A stretch of DNA of 64,000 bases. Origin: Epiperipatus broadwayi. Its lineage: Eukaryota; Animalia; Onychophora. The DNA lies in NCBI GenBank assembly GCA_028023455.1, contig JAQFVV010000011.1:1488001-1552000 (forward strand), read 5' to 3'. The notes below the pieces were generated by a model that was not told the DNA's origin, made no database searches, and saw nothing but the letters and a program-made list of their open reading frames with translations. A program made the translations under genes and the position numbers. Below, one piece after another: positions 11,896 through 24,926 of the stretch (position 1 is its first letter; every line of letters begins with the position of its first letter).

Positions 11896-12007
11896 TTTTT
11901 TTTTTTTAAGTGTCATAGCATCGGCCGGGACGCGAACACGCAACCCGGGCAACTGCCTGCATGTGCAAGGCAGTTGCGCTGACCTCTCGACCACCAATGC
12001 AAGACTA
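11896..12007 (-). mobile_element. tRNA-Gly-derived SINE, copy 3
   Basis: Same head and TGACAC end on the minus strand, poly(A) tail, 16-bp TSD TGTGAATGATTATCTT at 11880-11895 and 12008-12023. Confidence 0.9.
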
Positions 12008-12746
12008 TGTGAATGATTATCTTCATTCCTGAATTCAAGCTTTTTGTTCTTGTTGAGATTTGCTTTATGTATTTTAACTATAAAATTATAAGCTTTAACT
12101 CAGACTAAAATGCTACTACGTCTATGACTTGTAATAAAGCCAGCTAAAACGTATAGTATGAAAGCTTTTCTCTGTATGTTCTTCATATATCTATTATTTC
12201 ATTTATGCATTTTAAGATTATAACTTTAATATTCATGATACTAAAATGCTACAGTGTGTTAATAGAATAGCAAGCAGTGATAAATTACCACTAGCAGTGT
12301 TAAAATGTTACCACACACCACACTATTATATAATTATTTCAACTTTGCTTTCAAGCAGCATAATATTCAGAAAATCATATTCTAAAAGTAAGATTTATTT
12401 GTGGGTTGTAATATCCAAGCAATAAAGTTAGATTATAATACTTTTCTGCTGTTTTACAATAATTTTCATGTAACTATGTATATATAATTTTTAATCCATT
12501 ATAAAATATTACTTAACTATTTAATATTTAACATAACCCAATTCAAACTTTATGCCACCTGCTATCAAAATTTACCATGACCAAAGATAGCAAATAATGT
12601 AAATCATGAGCTGAATTATGTTAAATTAAAAAATAATTTCCTTTGTATAGTTTCCAGTTTAGCAATATATGCATTTAGATTATAAAATATGCATATAAAG
12701 ATAATACTAATAACTACTCTTTCTTATTACATTGCCAAATATATCC

Positions 12747-13041
12747 CATATAATAGTAAATCATCCATGCATTTTACTACTGGTACACAATGCTTTATTT
12801 ACTACCCTCTTTCACAGTTTACCATTTCGATTGCCCCAGCAATCTTCTTCAGAACTTTATATTTCCTAACCTTAACTCCTAAAATCAATGTTTTTTTTTT
12901 TAGCAGTTGAGGTTAGGTTAGGAGATATAAAGTTCTGAAGAAGATTGCTGGGGCAATCGAAACTGTAAACTGTATAAAAGGGTGGTAATATAAAGTATTG
13001 TGTATCAGTAGTAAAGTGCATGGATGATTTAGTATTATATG
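12747..13041. repeat. Fold-back (MITE-like) element with ~135-bp arms
   Basis: 12747-12880 is the reverse complement of 12905-13041 (e.g. CGATTGCCCCAGCAATCTTCTTCAGAACTTTATAT / ATATAAAGTTCTGAAGAAGATTGCTGGGGCAATCG); TAACCT/GGTTAGGTTAGG motifs near the centre. Confidence 0.85.
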
Positions 13042-13437
13042 ATAATACTAAAAATAGTGAATTGTCAAGCATAGTATTAATAATAAATTTTTAAAAATAA
13101 GCAGTTTTCTGTACATACATTTGGTTAAATTGATGTTCAGCCAAAGTGTAGAAATAATGTTATGCTTGAATCAAGGTTATCTGGAAAAGAAATTCTTTGA
13201 TATTACATGTGTGGTAGATTTTGACAATGAAATGCTGACAAAGTATTAGATCATTATCAGCACCAATAAAAACTGTTTTTTTTATTTCCCTTTTTCTAGT
13301 TTTTCTAATTATAGGCATTAACAATATTATAATAAATCACTAACACTCCAACATAAAAATCCACAAAGCATGAGATGTCATGTGATCATTCTTTCATGAA
13401 CAATATCAAGACAATATAATGTTAATTATATACATTT

Positions 13438-13970
13438 GAAATTAATCATAGAATTAAACTTGGTTGGAGTGCTTTTGGTAGAAATAACTTGATATTAAAA
13501 GAAAATATGTCTATGTGTTTGAAAAGGAAGATTTTTAACAAACGTGTTTTATCAGTTCTTACTTATGGATCTAAGACTTGGACACTTAATAGAAGAGCAA
13601 TACAGAGACTCCAGACCACTCAAAGAAGTATGGAGAGATGCATGTTGGGAGTAACAAGAAGAGATCGAAAACGCAATGTATGGGTAAGGGAACAAACAGG
13701 TGTTACTGACCTCATTGAAAAAATTAAAAGATTGAAGTGGAGTTGGGCTGGACGTATTGCTAGAAGAGATGATAATAGATGGACAATTGAAATCTTAAAC
13801 TGGATTCCAAGAGATTGTAAAAGACCCAGAAAGAGATCACATGTGAAATGGATGGATGAAATAAGAAAGTGTGCAGGGATGATGTGGAGAAGAGAAGCTA
13901 AAGATCGGAAAAGATGGATTAAACTTGGAGAGACCTTCATCCTGCAGTGGAATAATAATGGTTGATGATG
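13438..13970 (+). mobile_element. 5'-truncated RTE-clade LINE, copy 1
   Basis: ORF 13489-13965 has the RTE RT C-terminus (VLSVLTYGSKTW...QRSMERCMLG...KWSWAGRIARRDDNRW...W); (GAT)n tail; 10-bp TSD ATATACATTT at 13428-13437 and 13971-13980. Confidence 0.95.
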
Positions 13971-14149
13971 ATATACATTTAACTGAAATATCAATTAAAT
14001 CAAAAGGACACTTCTAAAAACGTGTTGTTTTTGCTATAATTTGTCTTATATATATATACAGAATGTTTTTAAGAAGGGTTTTAATTAAGTAAAATCAATA
14101 CTTCATTATTTATTCCATTTTCTTTCCAAATGTGGCTCATTAATTTCAG

Positions 14150-14377
14150 TATACATAAAACAAATTAATTTCACACAGTTTTTCTTGTGAAATTTTGTTT
14201 TGTTTTATGAACCATTTTTCAGATTAATTTCCCTTCCTACGTTTCGACTATATTATATGGTCATTGTTAAGGATTATTATTGCGAAACGTAGAAGAGAAA
14301 CTGAAATGAAAAATGGTTCATAAAATTAAGCACAATTAAAAAGAAAAAGTGTGTGAAATTAATTTGTTTTACATATA
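14150..14377. repeat. Fold-back repeat with a degenerate minimal hammerhead-like motif
   Basis: Arms 14150-14246 and 14283-14377 (ACAAATTAATTTCACACA / TGTGTGAAATTAATTTGT; TACGTTTCG / CGAAACGTA). Confidence 0.75.
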
Positions 14378-17300
14378 TTGTTTTAATTAAACTTAAGAAA
14401 GTACAAGTTTAAAAAAAAAAAATCTGCCAAGAATAATCTATTTACTAATCCCAGTGCATGTTTACGCTTAGTGAAGAAAATTATACATATACTCTAATCC
14501 TTTTTAGAGACTGAATTGGGACAAATGTATTGATGCGGTTTTTTGAACTCTTGAAAAAGTTAGTTATGGCTTGCTTTTTTTACAATAAGATTTTAAAAAT
14601 AAATTATCTGGGAAAAGATGAAATCCAAAATGTTCCTTAATAATTTAAAAACTTAATTATAAATGACATTATTGCCATAAAACTAAATGAAATTAATAAA
14701 AATAATGTAAAAGTGAATTAATTGAAGTGCCTAATTATCGCAAAGTATATATTGTTTTAAAAAATATCACTGGTGGTGATTCTCTTTTACTTCCACTAAT
14801 TTAGGAATATCACTAACTCCAACTTTTACGTTACTAAGTGACAGAAATGTTAAATATTGTTTTATTATTATCTAAGAACTCAATTTTCTAAAACATTTAT
14901 TGTCAAATATTTTAATATTACATCATCATCATTAATAATCACTATTCAAAGAGTATGGTAATTCAAACTCCTGAAGAAAAAAAAAATAACAGAATTTTAA
15001 TTAAGTCTATATAAACCAATATAAAAATCTGTGCTGTATTTGTGTTCACTATTAATATTACAAACAAAAACAGATCTCTGTTATAGCGCCACCTATAGTA
15101 GCTTGAGTAATTAATAATTATCAGATGGTGATGCACTTAAATTCATATTTCCAGACAAATTTTTGGTTTTTGCTTATATTCAACATGTTTGTTTACATTA
15201 ATAATGTTTTATTAAATATACTATGTAATTATATGAAATTACATACATGAAAAAACATTTTAAAATGCGGGCATTTGAAAAAATAATATCAAGACATATT
15301 TCAAATAAACTTCAGATGTACTTACTATATAGTATAATACGAAGTCATCAGATACCTACTTATCTTAATACAGATCTTAATATGTACCTCCAGTCATCTC
15401 AAAGGTTTCGGATTTAATGTCTATCCTTCAAATAGCAATATTTATCTCTATTTTAATAAACTCTGAGCTGTGGCTGCTTAAAAGAAAAAGATTTTTGAAT
15501 CAATTCCAAGAGAGGGCAATAGAAGAAAAAAAACCCAATCTGGCCAATAGAATGGAACTGTATTACTTATTTGCCATTTTAGTGTAAATATGTCATTAAT
15601 CTAAACATTTGATAAATAATCATCTAAAAAAAAAGATCTTATCTTTTATTTGTCCATTTCATTTTAAACTTTATAAATCTTTATTATTATTTTTGTCCAA
15701 TCCAATTAAATTACTCAATGATATATTTTCTTCACACACAATCTTTTTGAATACTCCAATAATAATATGTAGGGATTTTTTTAAAATTGAAATGAAAAAA
15801 GAGAAAATACATTTATTATCTATATAAAGATTGTTTCAATTTAATTATAATGGAAGAATTCTTTAGGATAATTCTAGATATAACCCTTCCCTTAAATCTA
15901 ATCATAAATCAAGAATTTAAAATTAAATAAATGAATGATTAAAATACTTTCCAATGGTAAAAATTTAACGCATTATAACAGTATGAATATTGTAAACTTT
16001 GCATATCACATTTAAAAAATCCCTCTAACCACATAAATGTAGTGAATAATGTATTCATAATAAACATAGTGACTGCTCATATGTGATTTTAATAACAATT
16101 TGAAACATTTTATCAAATGCGTAGCCTTATTAAAATGATGCTTAGGTCAATATTCCATTGAAGTATATAATTCATTAAATTTAAAGCATATATCTACAAA
16201 AAAATTTACGGTTAACGTAATATAAATTTTCTTCTCTGCTTTTTTTGCAAACTAAGATGTCATATTATTTATATAGAAATAAATGAACAATTCCATAATA
16301 TTTACATAAATATAGTTCAATTAAATAAAAATTAGATTTATTAATAACTAATGTGCAGCACATTTCTTTTATTAGTGCAGTTATTATTATAAGCAATCAA
16401 TTTCTTTTTAAATACATAACGAATAAAACTTTTTTTGTTGTTGTTGGTCATTTACTATGAAAGGCATTTTACCTTAGATGACTTAATAGTTCTATTATTA
16501 TAACATTAATTAAAACTTAGATTGAATAAAATATATTTTAACAAATGTGCTCAATTTATTTTTGTTGAACTTTTTCACTTACGAGATCAACTTTTTTTAA
16601 AATTATGTAACAAAAAAAAATCCCTTATACTTTTTTTTTTAATGTGAAATCTTGTCATTTTATTTTACAATGAAGTCACATTATCTTCATGATATCAGAA
16701 TCCTATTACATTACAAAATTTCAAAATGGCCACTATTAAAAAAATGCTGGCCATTTTTGAAAAATCACTATGGTGAATAGTTACTTAGTTTTTTAAATAG
16801 TTAATATAAATTAATCATGATCACTATGGCAAATTCTAATATAAAAAAATTATTTTATGAAGGGACAAGAGTGGACACTTATAGGGGTAATTCTCTTCAC
16901 TGTTCTGCAGAACTATCTATTGTAAATCCATGGATATTAGATAGTGGTGTTAACTAGATGTTTAGACTAGTTTCAGGTTTATGGCTCTCATCAATTAAAA
17001 CTTTGAATTTAACATTAGAATTAATCCACATACATATCTATCAACCACTTTTAACATCTTTATAATATCAAATTAATAATATGAAATTAAAAAAAAAAAA
17101 GTTATTCAGATCCAAGCCATTTTGCTTGTATATTTATATAGATTTTGACACTAGACCAATAACTATATATTTTTATGGCTTTAGCTATATCTTATAATAA
17201 TCTTTATCTTTAGATCAAGATAATTAAATTTTTATTTACATTTTTTTTTAAAATTGCAGTTATTTTTTTTAATTTTTGATATTGAAATTGTTTTAATTCT

Positions 17301-19398
17301 TCCATTTCCTATTAGAATAGAATTGAGATTAAAAGACTATATTTGATTGGCCAATTATTTCAAATTATTTTATTGGTTGGATAAATTCATGAATGAATAC
17401 AAGTTGGCATTAGATTAGTAAGAATGGTCTATATCAGGGATCATCAAACTGTGGCTCTTTGATTCTAATCTTGTGATTCTTTTTGACATGATAAACATAA
17501 ACACATTTTAAAATTTTCTCTTATAATTTGTAAATAAATATTTTGATGACTCTAAGAGAAAAACATTGTTTTTTTTTAATTTGGCCTTATAATAGAATAG
17601 TAATTATTGTATAGGATGAATATTTAAATATTAGAAACTTGTGAATAAATCAAACTGTCAAAGTATTTTTGTGCTTTTATTTACTTTTTAAGAAAATTTT
17701 TATTTTCATTAGGATGCATACAGATTCTATTACTAAAATAAATGTTCAAATTCTGAAATTCATATTTTTCATGAACATATTTTTCACCTCTTTCCTTGCA
17801 GCTCTTTAATGGGGGTGGATGTTTAAACTAAATGGCTCTTCATGTTATAAAGTTTGCTGACTCCTGGACTACTACAAAACATCATATGACTTTCTTTTTT
17901 TTCTCTATTTTAGAGTCATCTACTGTAAGGCTGAATAATAAATGGATGATATAACCAAATACTAATTTTTAAAACCATCTATTGTAAGTTGAGCAATCAA
18001 TAGACACTAATACTTATTAAATCCCTATTCACAACTGTACTATCCATACCTCCAGGCTAATTTATAAATTATGATTTTTGTCAGTGAGGAGTTTGCATTT
18101 AGTGCACTAAAATTCTGGCTGATGGAAATCTAAACCAGAAAACAATGCAGAAACAATACTGGACAGAGATTTAGTAAGCATTATCCTTCATCTATTGATT
18201 TCTACAACTTACAGTAGGTAGCAAATCTGGAGTAGTATAAACAGGTTTTGCTAAACTGAAAAGCACTGCCCTAAGCTGAGTCATATGAGGTTTTTTGGTT
18301 TAAGTGTAAACAAATTTCTGGCTCATAGCATTACTGTTATAAAACAAATTCTTTTAAGGAATATATGTGGAAATGTAATATATATATATTAAAACTGTTT
18401 CGCATCTTTAAGTGGGTGACCCGCGCGTCTTTTTTGATCAGTCAACATGTTGTTTTCTTTCTTTACTGATGTAAAAACTATAAGCATGACATCAAACAAA
18501 ATATGGGCATTTGATAGCTCAGTGATGTGACTTTCCAAAGATGTCTACCACAAAAAAATCCAATGAAATTTGGAAATTTTACAGAAATTTTAATGAAGGA
18601 GTGCATTTAATTTTTTTTTTGATCAATTTTGTAATTTTCACGAAATGATAAAGACAGAAAATATTTATCCATCTTCAAATGAACATTTACCGGATGTTAT
18701 TCACAAACAAGGCCTACAATGGAGCCTCAACGTAAAGCACAATAGCTGACTCGTAAGTATAAAATTGTAATTTTTTTAAATAATATATATATATATTTTG
18801 ATTTTTTGAAAAAATGATAATTTTTATTAATTTTAGTTTGTAGTTGATGTTTGTTTATATAAATTATATATTTATTTATGCTCATATAGAATTCATATCT
18901 ACTGTAATTTTCTAAAGTTCTAACCCACTTATTTTATAAAAATAAACTTATTTTATAAAAATAATGATTCTCAAAAAGTTTAATAATTTATTATTTATTA
19001 TTATGTTTATATGATGGGTTTGTGTTTACAAGTAATGATATACAAAACTAATAATCAAATGTATAGAAAGATTGCATATGCAGGCAAATATTCAAATTCT
19101 GATTCTTGCTTATGCCTTGATACTCATGCTGTGGAGTCACTCTGGTTTTGCTATATGTTTTATCATATTATGTTCAAGTCTATAGCTAACAAATGGACTA
19201 TATGCAAATAAATTATATCTATGTAATACAATAAATATAACAAGATAGCATTACTGATGTACATAAAAAATATAAACATCACTGGTGTGCATAACAGTAG
19301 CCTACAATTTCTAGTTTTAGATAGACAAGAAGCCAATTGCTATGATGACAAATGCATATCTATTTTCTGGAAATGATTTATTTTGTATCTTTTATTAG

Positions 19399-19514
19399 GA
19401 TGAATCTTTTTCTTATAGACGCCTTTGACATTTGGAACTTTTGGGGTACAAGATAAAAATGAAGAATTCATATGCGAATTATTTTGGAGATTCTGAAGCT
19501 ATGGATTATCTCAG
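19399..19514 (+). other. Candidate exon of an unidentified transcript antisense to SCHIP1
   Basis: Pyrimidine-rich acceptor TTTTATTAG|GATG and consensus donor CTCAG|GTAAGA; stops in all frames at the 5' part, ATG at 19459 gives MKNSYANYFGDSEAMDYL(R). A further donor GACTC|GTAAGT at 18752. Confidence 0.4.
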
Positions 19515-20021
19515 GTAAGACATATTATATATGTTTTGAAAGATAATTTTGTGAGGAATACAAAGAAATTATAACTGAAGATATAATTTAAAGTTAGTTC
19601 ATGATGAATAAGAAATTATGAACAAACAATGAAAGTAATAATTATTTCGAATGTTGAAATTTCTTTTTTCCTTATTTTTTAAATGGTTATCATTATTTGT
19701 CTTAGATTTATTGTTTTCTTAGTTTTTCTAGTTTCTATTAATGTAATTTTTTTTTGCTCTGACATAATTAAAACTGAAATTATTGTGAAAATTGTGTTTC
19801 AGGTCAGTTTTAAAAAAAATTCAATATGGCGTTTTAGACCCAAACAGTTTTAAGCTCACTTTTTATACACACATATTTAATACTAAAAAAAAAAGAAGTT
19901 ACATTTAGATTTCCAAGTTTCAAACTTACTCCACCCACAACGTTGGCATGATACACTCTAGATAAATAAATTAATGATTATTACTAATCATTTATTAAAT
20001 TAGAGATTGTGTGAAAGATTG

Positions 20022-20076
20022 TGATCTGGACCAACTGATGAGTGCTGGTTCAGTACGAAATGCAGTTTGAAGGTCA
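20022..20076 (+). ncRNA. Type I hammerhead ribozyme motif, family H1 (cleavage region degenerate)
   Basis: TGATCT-GGA-CCAA-CTGATGA-GTGCTG/GTT/CAGTAC-GAAA-TGCAGTTTGAAGGTCA; core and stem II intact, stem III/NUH/stem I' diverged. Confidence 0.75.
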
Positions 20077-20450
20077 TTTGACCCTGTCTTTATTCATATG
20101 TCTCAAGAGTATACGATAGAATGGAGATAATTATCTATATATATAAAATACAATTACATGATGTAGATCAGATTTTGTTAATTAATAAAACACACACACA
20201 CACACAATAGAAATAATTGGACAGAAACAATGCAAAATTTCAAATATATTATTGCATACACGATGATGCAAGTTTTCCTGTGTTTGGCGCTGGATTATGA
20301 TAAAGGTGTGTATACATATAAAATATATGTTATATTAAAAACAAATTTATTTTCTTTTAAATTGGTTGAACATGGCTAAAAAATAAATGACAGTTCCCAA
20401 TTACATATATATATAGTATAAAATAAAACACAACTTATAATTAACGTTAC

Positions 20451-20735
20451 CTTGTCTTTTATCTTTGTATGTAGATGACTTTGTTTATTATTTCTGAGTG
20501 AACCGGAGTAATTTGTTGGTGGCTGCAAACGAGAATCATCGTGTTCAGATTCTCCATTAGAGCTCTCCTGGTCGCTGCCAGTTTCATTCATAAAGCATAT
20601 CTGTAGATTCATGCCACTCTGCAGGCGAGTCTGAAGATTAGGTTTCTTGGTTATTCTTTCGCCACCATAATATTCATCATTATCAGATCCCATAGCTAGC
20701 TTACGTCGAATTTCTTCACGTTCATTTTTCCGAGC
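20451..20735 (-). CDS. SCHIP1: Internal coding exon of a schwannomin-interacting protein 1 orthologue
   Basis: AG|GCT acceptor at 20735 and AAG|GTAACG donor at 20451, 285 nt, phase 0-0. Translation [55 protein letters not shown]... matches the SCHIP1 motifs NERESIRQKLALG and [25 protein letters not shown]. Other exons not found in the window. Confidence 0.92.
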
Positions 20736-22499
20736 CTACAAAAGAAAACACACATATCAATTTACAATAATAAATGTTCGACACACAAAAAAGTCTAAAT
20801 AAATATATATATATATCTAGCAATTTATTGACAGTTTTTTTTTTAGTTAAAAGAAATTTTTACAGACTACCGTATTGGGAAATTGTAAAACTTTTAAAAT
20901 AATAAAATTATACCTCTGAAAGCAGATCTAACAGACCAATGTGTGTTCAAACTGTTTGGATCACATTTTTTCAACAAAAAAAAGGAGAAGGAATGAAAAT
21001 GCATAAAATAGATTCTTATACCTTGTTGTTATGCTCATTACCGGAGTTCAAATCCCAACCGAATAAAATTAATTTTTTTTTTTTGCAGATTATAATCACG
21101 TTTATAATTTCTCTTTTAGGTAGTCAGACCGTAACCAATTCAAATAGCTATTTGATATTGGTCAGTAAATGGATATCTAGATATTTTTAGAGAGGAAACA
21201 AGATTGAGGAACTATTTAATCATCTTCAATTGGTAAGCTTGGCGAGTAATGTTTTCAACTCCATTGTACTTCATTAAAATACTAGTGAAAAGGATTTTGC
21301 TCTTCTGAAAACAATTTAAAGACTATTTTACTTTATTTCATACATATTTATATTGAAACATTATATATTGTATTACAGCATGTATATTACATTTATATGC
21401 TATAATACTAAAGTAATAGATTAAGTGCCAATGTAGGGTGAATATTAGAATACATGGACACACACATAGTGTATACAATACATTTTAAGTTTTTGGACAG
21501 TTTAATAAGTGAACGATAGATGTTGATTCTTGAAGATTATCTAATGCACTCCTCTCTGGAAACCACTGATCTAAAAAAATAGTACTAATAATCAGGTAAT
21601 AAAACAAACAACTGTTGGCTGATGTTTGTTTTCTGTTGCTCATTCTCTTCTCATGTTTAAATGTATAAAATTATAAAAAAAAAACTAATATGATTCAGCT
21701 TTTTATATAAATTAATGATATCATTTATATATTCATTCATTAGCAGCTATTGCTATTCTGTCTCCAGAAAAATAAAATAAAGAAAAAGTGAAATCAGGTT
21801 TATAATTAAAGGATGAAAATATAATTGCAGAAACACATAATCCCTTTGCTATAGTAAATGTAGAGAGATAATTGATAGCATGGGGGGGGGACTCTTGATG
21901 AGTGAACCTTACATTATATTAACCTAAGTAAGTCAAGACAATAAAGCAAAAGATAAATGAAAATATAGAAACTCTCACCTTCATAATATTTAGTGGCAAA
22001 AAATAAAACTTCCAATTAATGCTAAAAGAACATATATAGAGTGTTCAAAAAAAATGAAACCCATTTGAAATCCCTATATCTCTGCAACCATGAACCACTA
22101 CGAAAGATACTCCTGCAGTTCAGCAAATCTGAATCTGTAATTGTGCTACAGTATATGTCTGAACAGCATTTTGATGCCAATGTCAAAGAGCATTCATCAT
22201 TGGTGTTGAGACTTTGAAGAAAGAAACTGTTTATGTGAGGGGGGGGATCATGAAAAAAAAATTCAAAGAGGTTTTGGCATAACCAGGTAGCATCTAATTA
22301 TGAGGATATATTAAGATCCTTGTGCAGATGACAAAGGAATTTACTGATGTGGTATACAGAACATGGAGGATGACAGTGGCATTTGATTTTTAATTATGAG
22401 CAACATTTCATTTAGGCAATAATAATTGCCACAATGTACATATATGGGGATTTACAATTTATTTACATGCAACTGAATAGAATTCATGTAATTCTTTGA

Positions 22500-22800
22500 A
22501 AGCGAACATGTTTTATACCATTTCTCTAAAAAAAAAAAAAGTTTACACCCTTTCTTCTTTGAGAGAAACAAGACAAACTGCAGAATTGGATCTTTCCAAA
22601 ACTTAATAGACTCCAAATTTCTTCATTTTTCAATAAATTAGAGCACTACTATACTGTCTCAATATTCCATAGGTGGCACAGGATTCCAATATTTGGCACT
22701 ACACTCCTGGTTCCCAAGATCTCCAGATATAACACCCCTCCAGCTGTTTATTGTACTACTATTAGCAACTAATCCAGTTGATCTCAAAAATACATAATCA
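22500..22800 (+). pseudogene. Decayed Tc1/mariner transposase, catalytic region
   Basis: 22708-22740 translates WFPRSPDITPL, the WPPRSPDLTP(L)D motif; surrounding frames broken. Confidence 0.6.
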
Positions 22801-24224
22801 TACCAGCAGTAACTTCAATGAAAACAATTTGAGAGATATTTGAAATGAATTCAATCATCATCTCTATGTTATCCATGCAATAGGTGAAGGACACAGCATT
22901 TATAAAATGGTTATTAAAATTTAATACCTCAAAAAACTGTTTATAATTTTATGAGTAATTCTAATACATTGCCACCATGAAATCATTTTGTAACACGCTA
23001 TATAAAAATAAGGTTAGGAGTTATGGATCCCACATCATTTTACATTTATATGAGTTTCTTGATAGGAGTAACTGAAAATAAATATGTTTAGATTATGTGT
23101 TATTTTACCTTTAAATTTAATTAAAGTATACTTCAGAAGAAAAAAAAAACAATCCCTACTTTATGTGAGACTGATATAATGAAAGAATATGGAATTGTCA
23201 ATGCAGCATGAGGATTCAGATGTTTGATCTCTAGCTCATGTGACAAATGCAAATTGTTTGTAAAATGCATGTATGAAGTTGGAAGGATGCATTGACAAAA
23301 ACCCCCAAAAAAACTCAAAAGTAAAAAAAAAGTTTAATACCTCAAATTTGAAAAGTAATCAATTGATGTTTGAAAGTAAGAAGCTGATACCTACAAAACA
23401 GAAGGTTGAAAGTGAAGCCAATAGCAAAGTAGTAATTTACCCACAGACAAACAAACAATAGCATTGGAAACCTGAGTAATAGTATGGTTAAGGCCACTTG
23501 ACGAGACTGGTACAACATGGAGGAAATTTGCATTTTCCTTGATATCAATGACATTGTTAATGGAAGTAAAACTGTTAATATCAATAATTTAAAATGTTTT
23601 TTTTTTATATATATATATCCAGTTATAAGGCTTATTGTAGCACTTTGATCTTTTGATCAAAAGATGATAGAAACCAATGCATACGATGATATTCCACATA
23701 TTAATTCGGTAGTAGCATCATTATTTATAAGATTGAGGCATTCTGGTTAAATTTGAATATAATGATTAATCCTTTTGATTTTTGTGTAGTTTAATACATA
23801 TACACATAAACAAACATAAAGAAAACTGGTTTAAATTTAATAAGATAAACAAAAATTTATTAAACCCACATTTTCAATATGGTAAATTTTAATTAAACTT
23901 TACCCCCCCCCTATCCTAAGAAAACAATCATGTTTTCTCTTTACTCTTAAAGCCGAATATGCATTATATTAAATTCTTACAACATAGAGAAATGACACTT
24001 CTGAACAACTTTTTAATAAACAATACACAGAAATGAACAACTTTTATTAAATATATATAAATTTCAATAAAAAATTTACATATAATACATTCTACTATTT
24101 TATATATTATAATATAATAAATAGATATGGGCTCAAAGATTACCAATGCTTAAAAAAATCATTGTAAAAGTTTGTATTTACAATATGATTCAAATAGATC
24201 TTATTTATAAAACAAAAGCATCTA

Positions 24225-24490
24225 TCTACTCTAGTGTCACCTATAGTAAACTTAAGTAACCAGTAAGGATTTGAAATTCACAGTTGAAAATATGCACCTG
24301 ACAAATATCTTTAATTCCATTTTACCATTCAAACTAGAATTATAAAAATTAAAAAAAAAAATTACAATTTTGAACTCAAATCATCTTGTTTCCACAGTTA
24401 TAAAGATCTGATCCTGGTTTTAAATGAATTATTTAGTAATCACTAATTACTAAGATCTATAGATGGCACTAAAATAGGGTTGTCTCTGAC
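24225..24490. repeat. Small MITE-like element with imperfect ~30-bp TIRs
   Basis: TCTAGTGTCACCTATAGTAAACTTAAGTAA vs TTACTAAGATCTATAGATGGCACTAAAATAG; a related end at ~15075-15110. Confidence 0.4.
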
Positions 24491-24926
24491 CTACCACTTA
24501 CTGCCTAAGTTAAAAAATCAAATGATATGTTAGTCTTAGTTTAAGCTAAAATAAATTTCTTTTTTTTTAAAAAAAACAACAACAACAACAATATAAATAC
24601 TAATGGATATTAGAATATCAATAAATATCTGATTCAAATATTAAAACTGACAATTTTTATTTTCTGAATATTAAATTCTATGCTCAAGATGACAATTTTC
24701 CATCTCTGAACACTCAGATAAACTGTAGTTTTATTTTCCAAGCCAACTAAATATCATATAAAAATCAAGTTTCTACTTCAATATACATCAGTAAAATAGA
24801 CTTATACTAACTACCATACTTACACTATGCCAATATATTCACTTCCGGTGAGTAATAGCGTCTGTCTGTTTGCTTTCGTTTCTTCCCTGAAGTTGTCCAG
24901 GTTGGTAATTGTTGTGCATTTTTAAT

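Noticed and set aside
13620-13994. 124-aa minus-strand ORF
   Set aside because: Antisense shadow of the RTE RT fragment.
17435-17460. hAT-like terminal sequences (CAGGGATCATCAAACT; also ~21555 and 53514)
   Set aside because: No matching partner TIR or 8-bp TSD could be identified, so no element boundaries can be supported.
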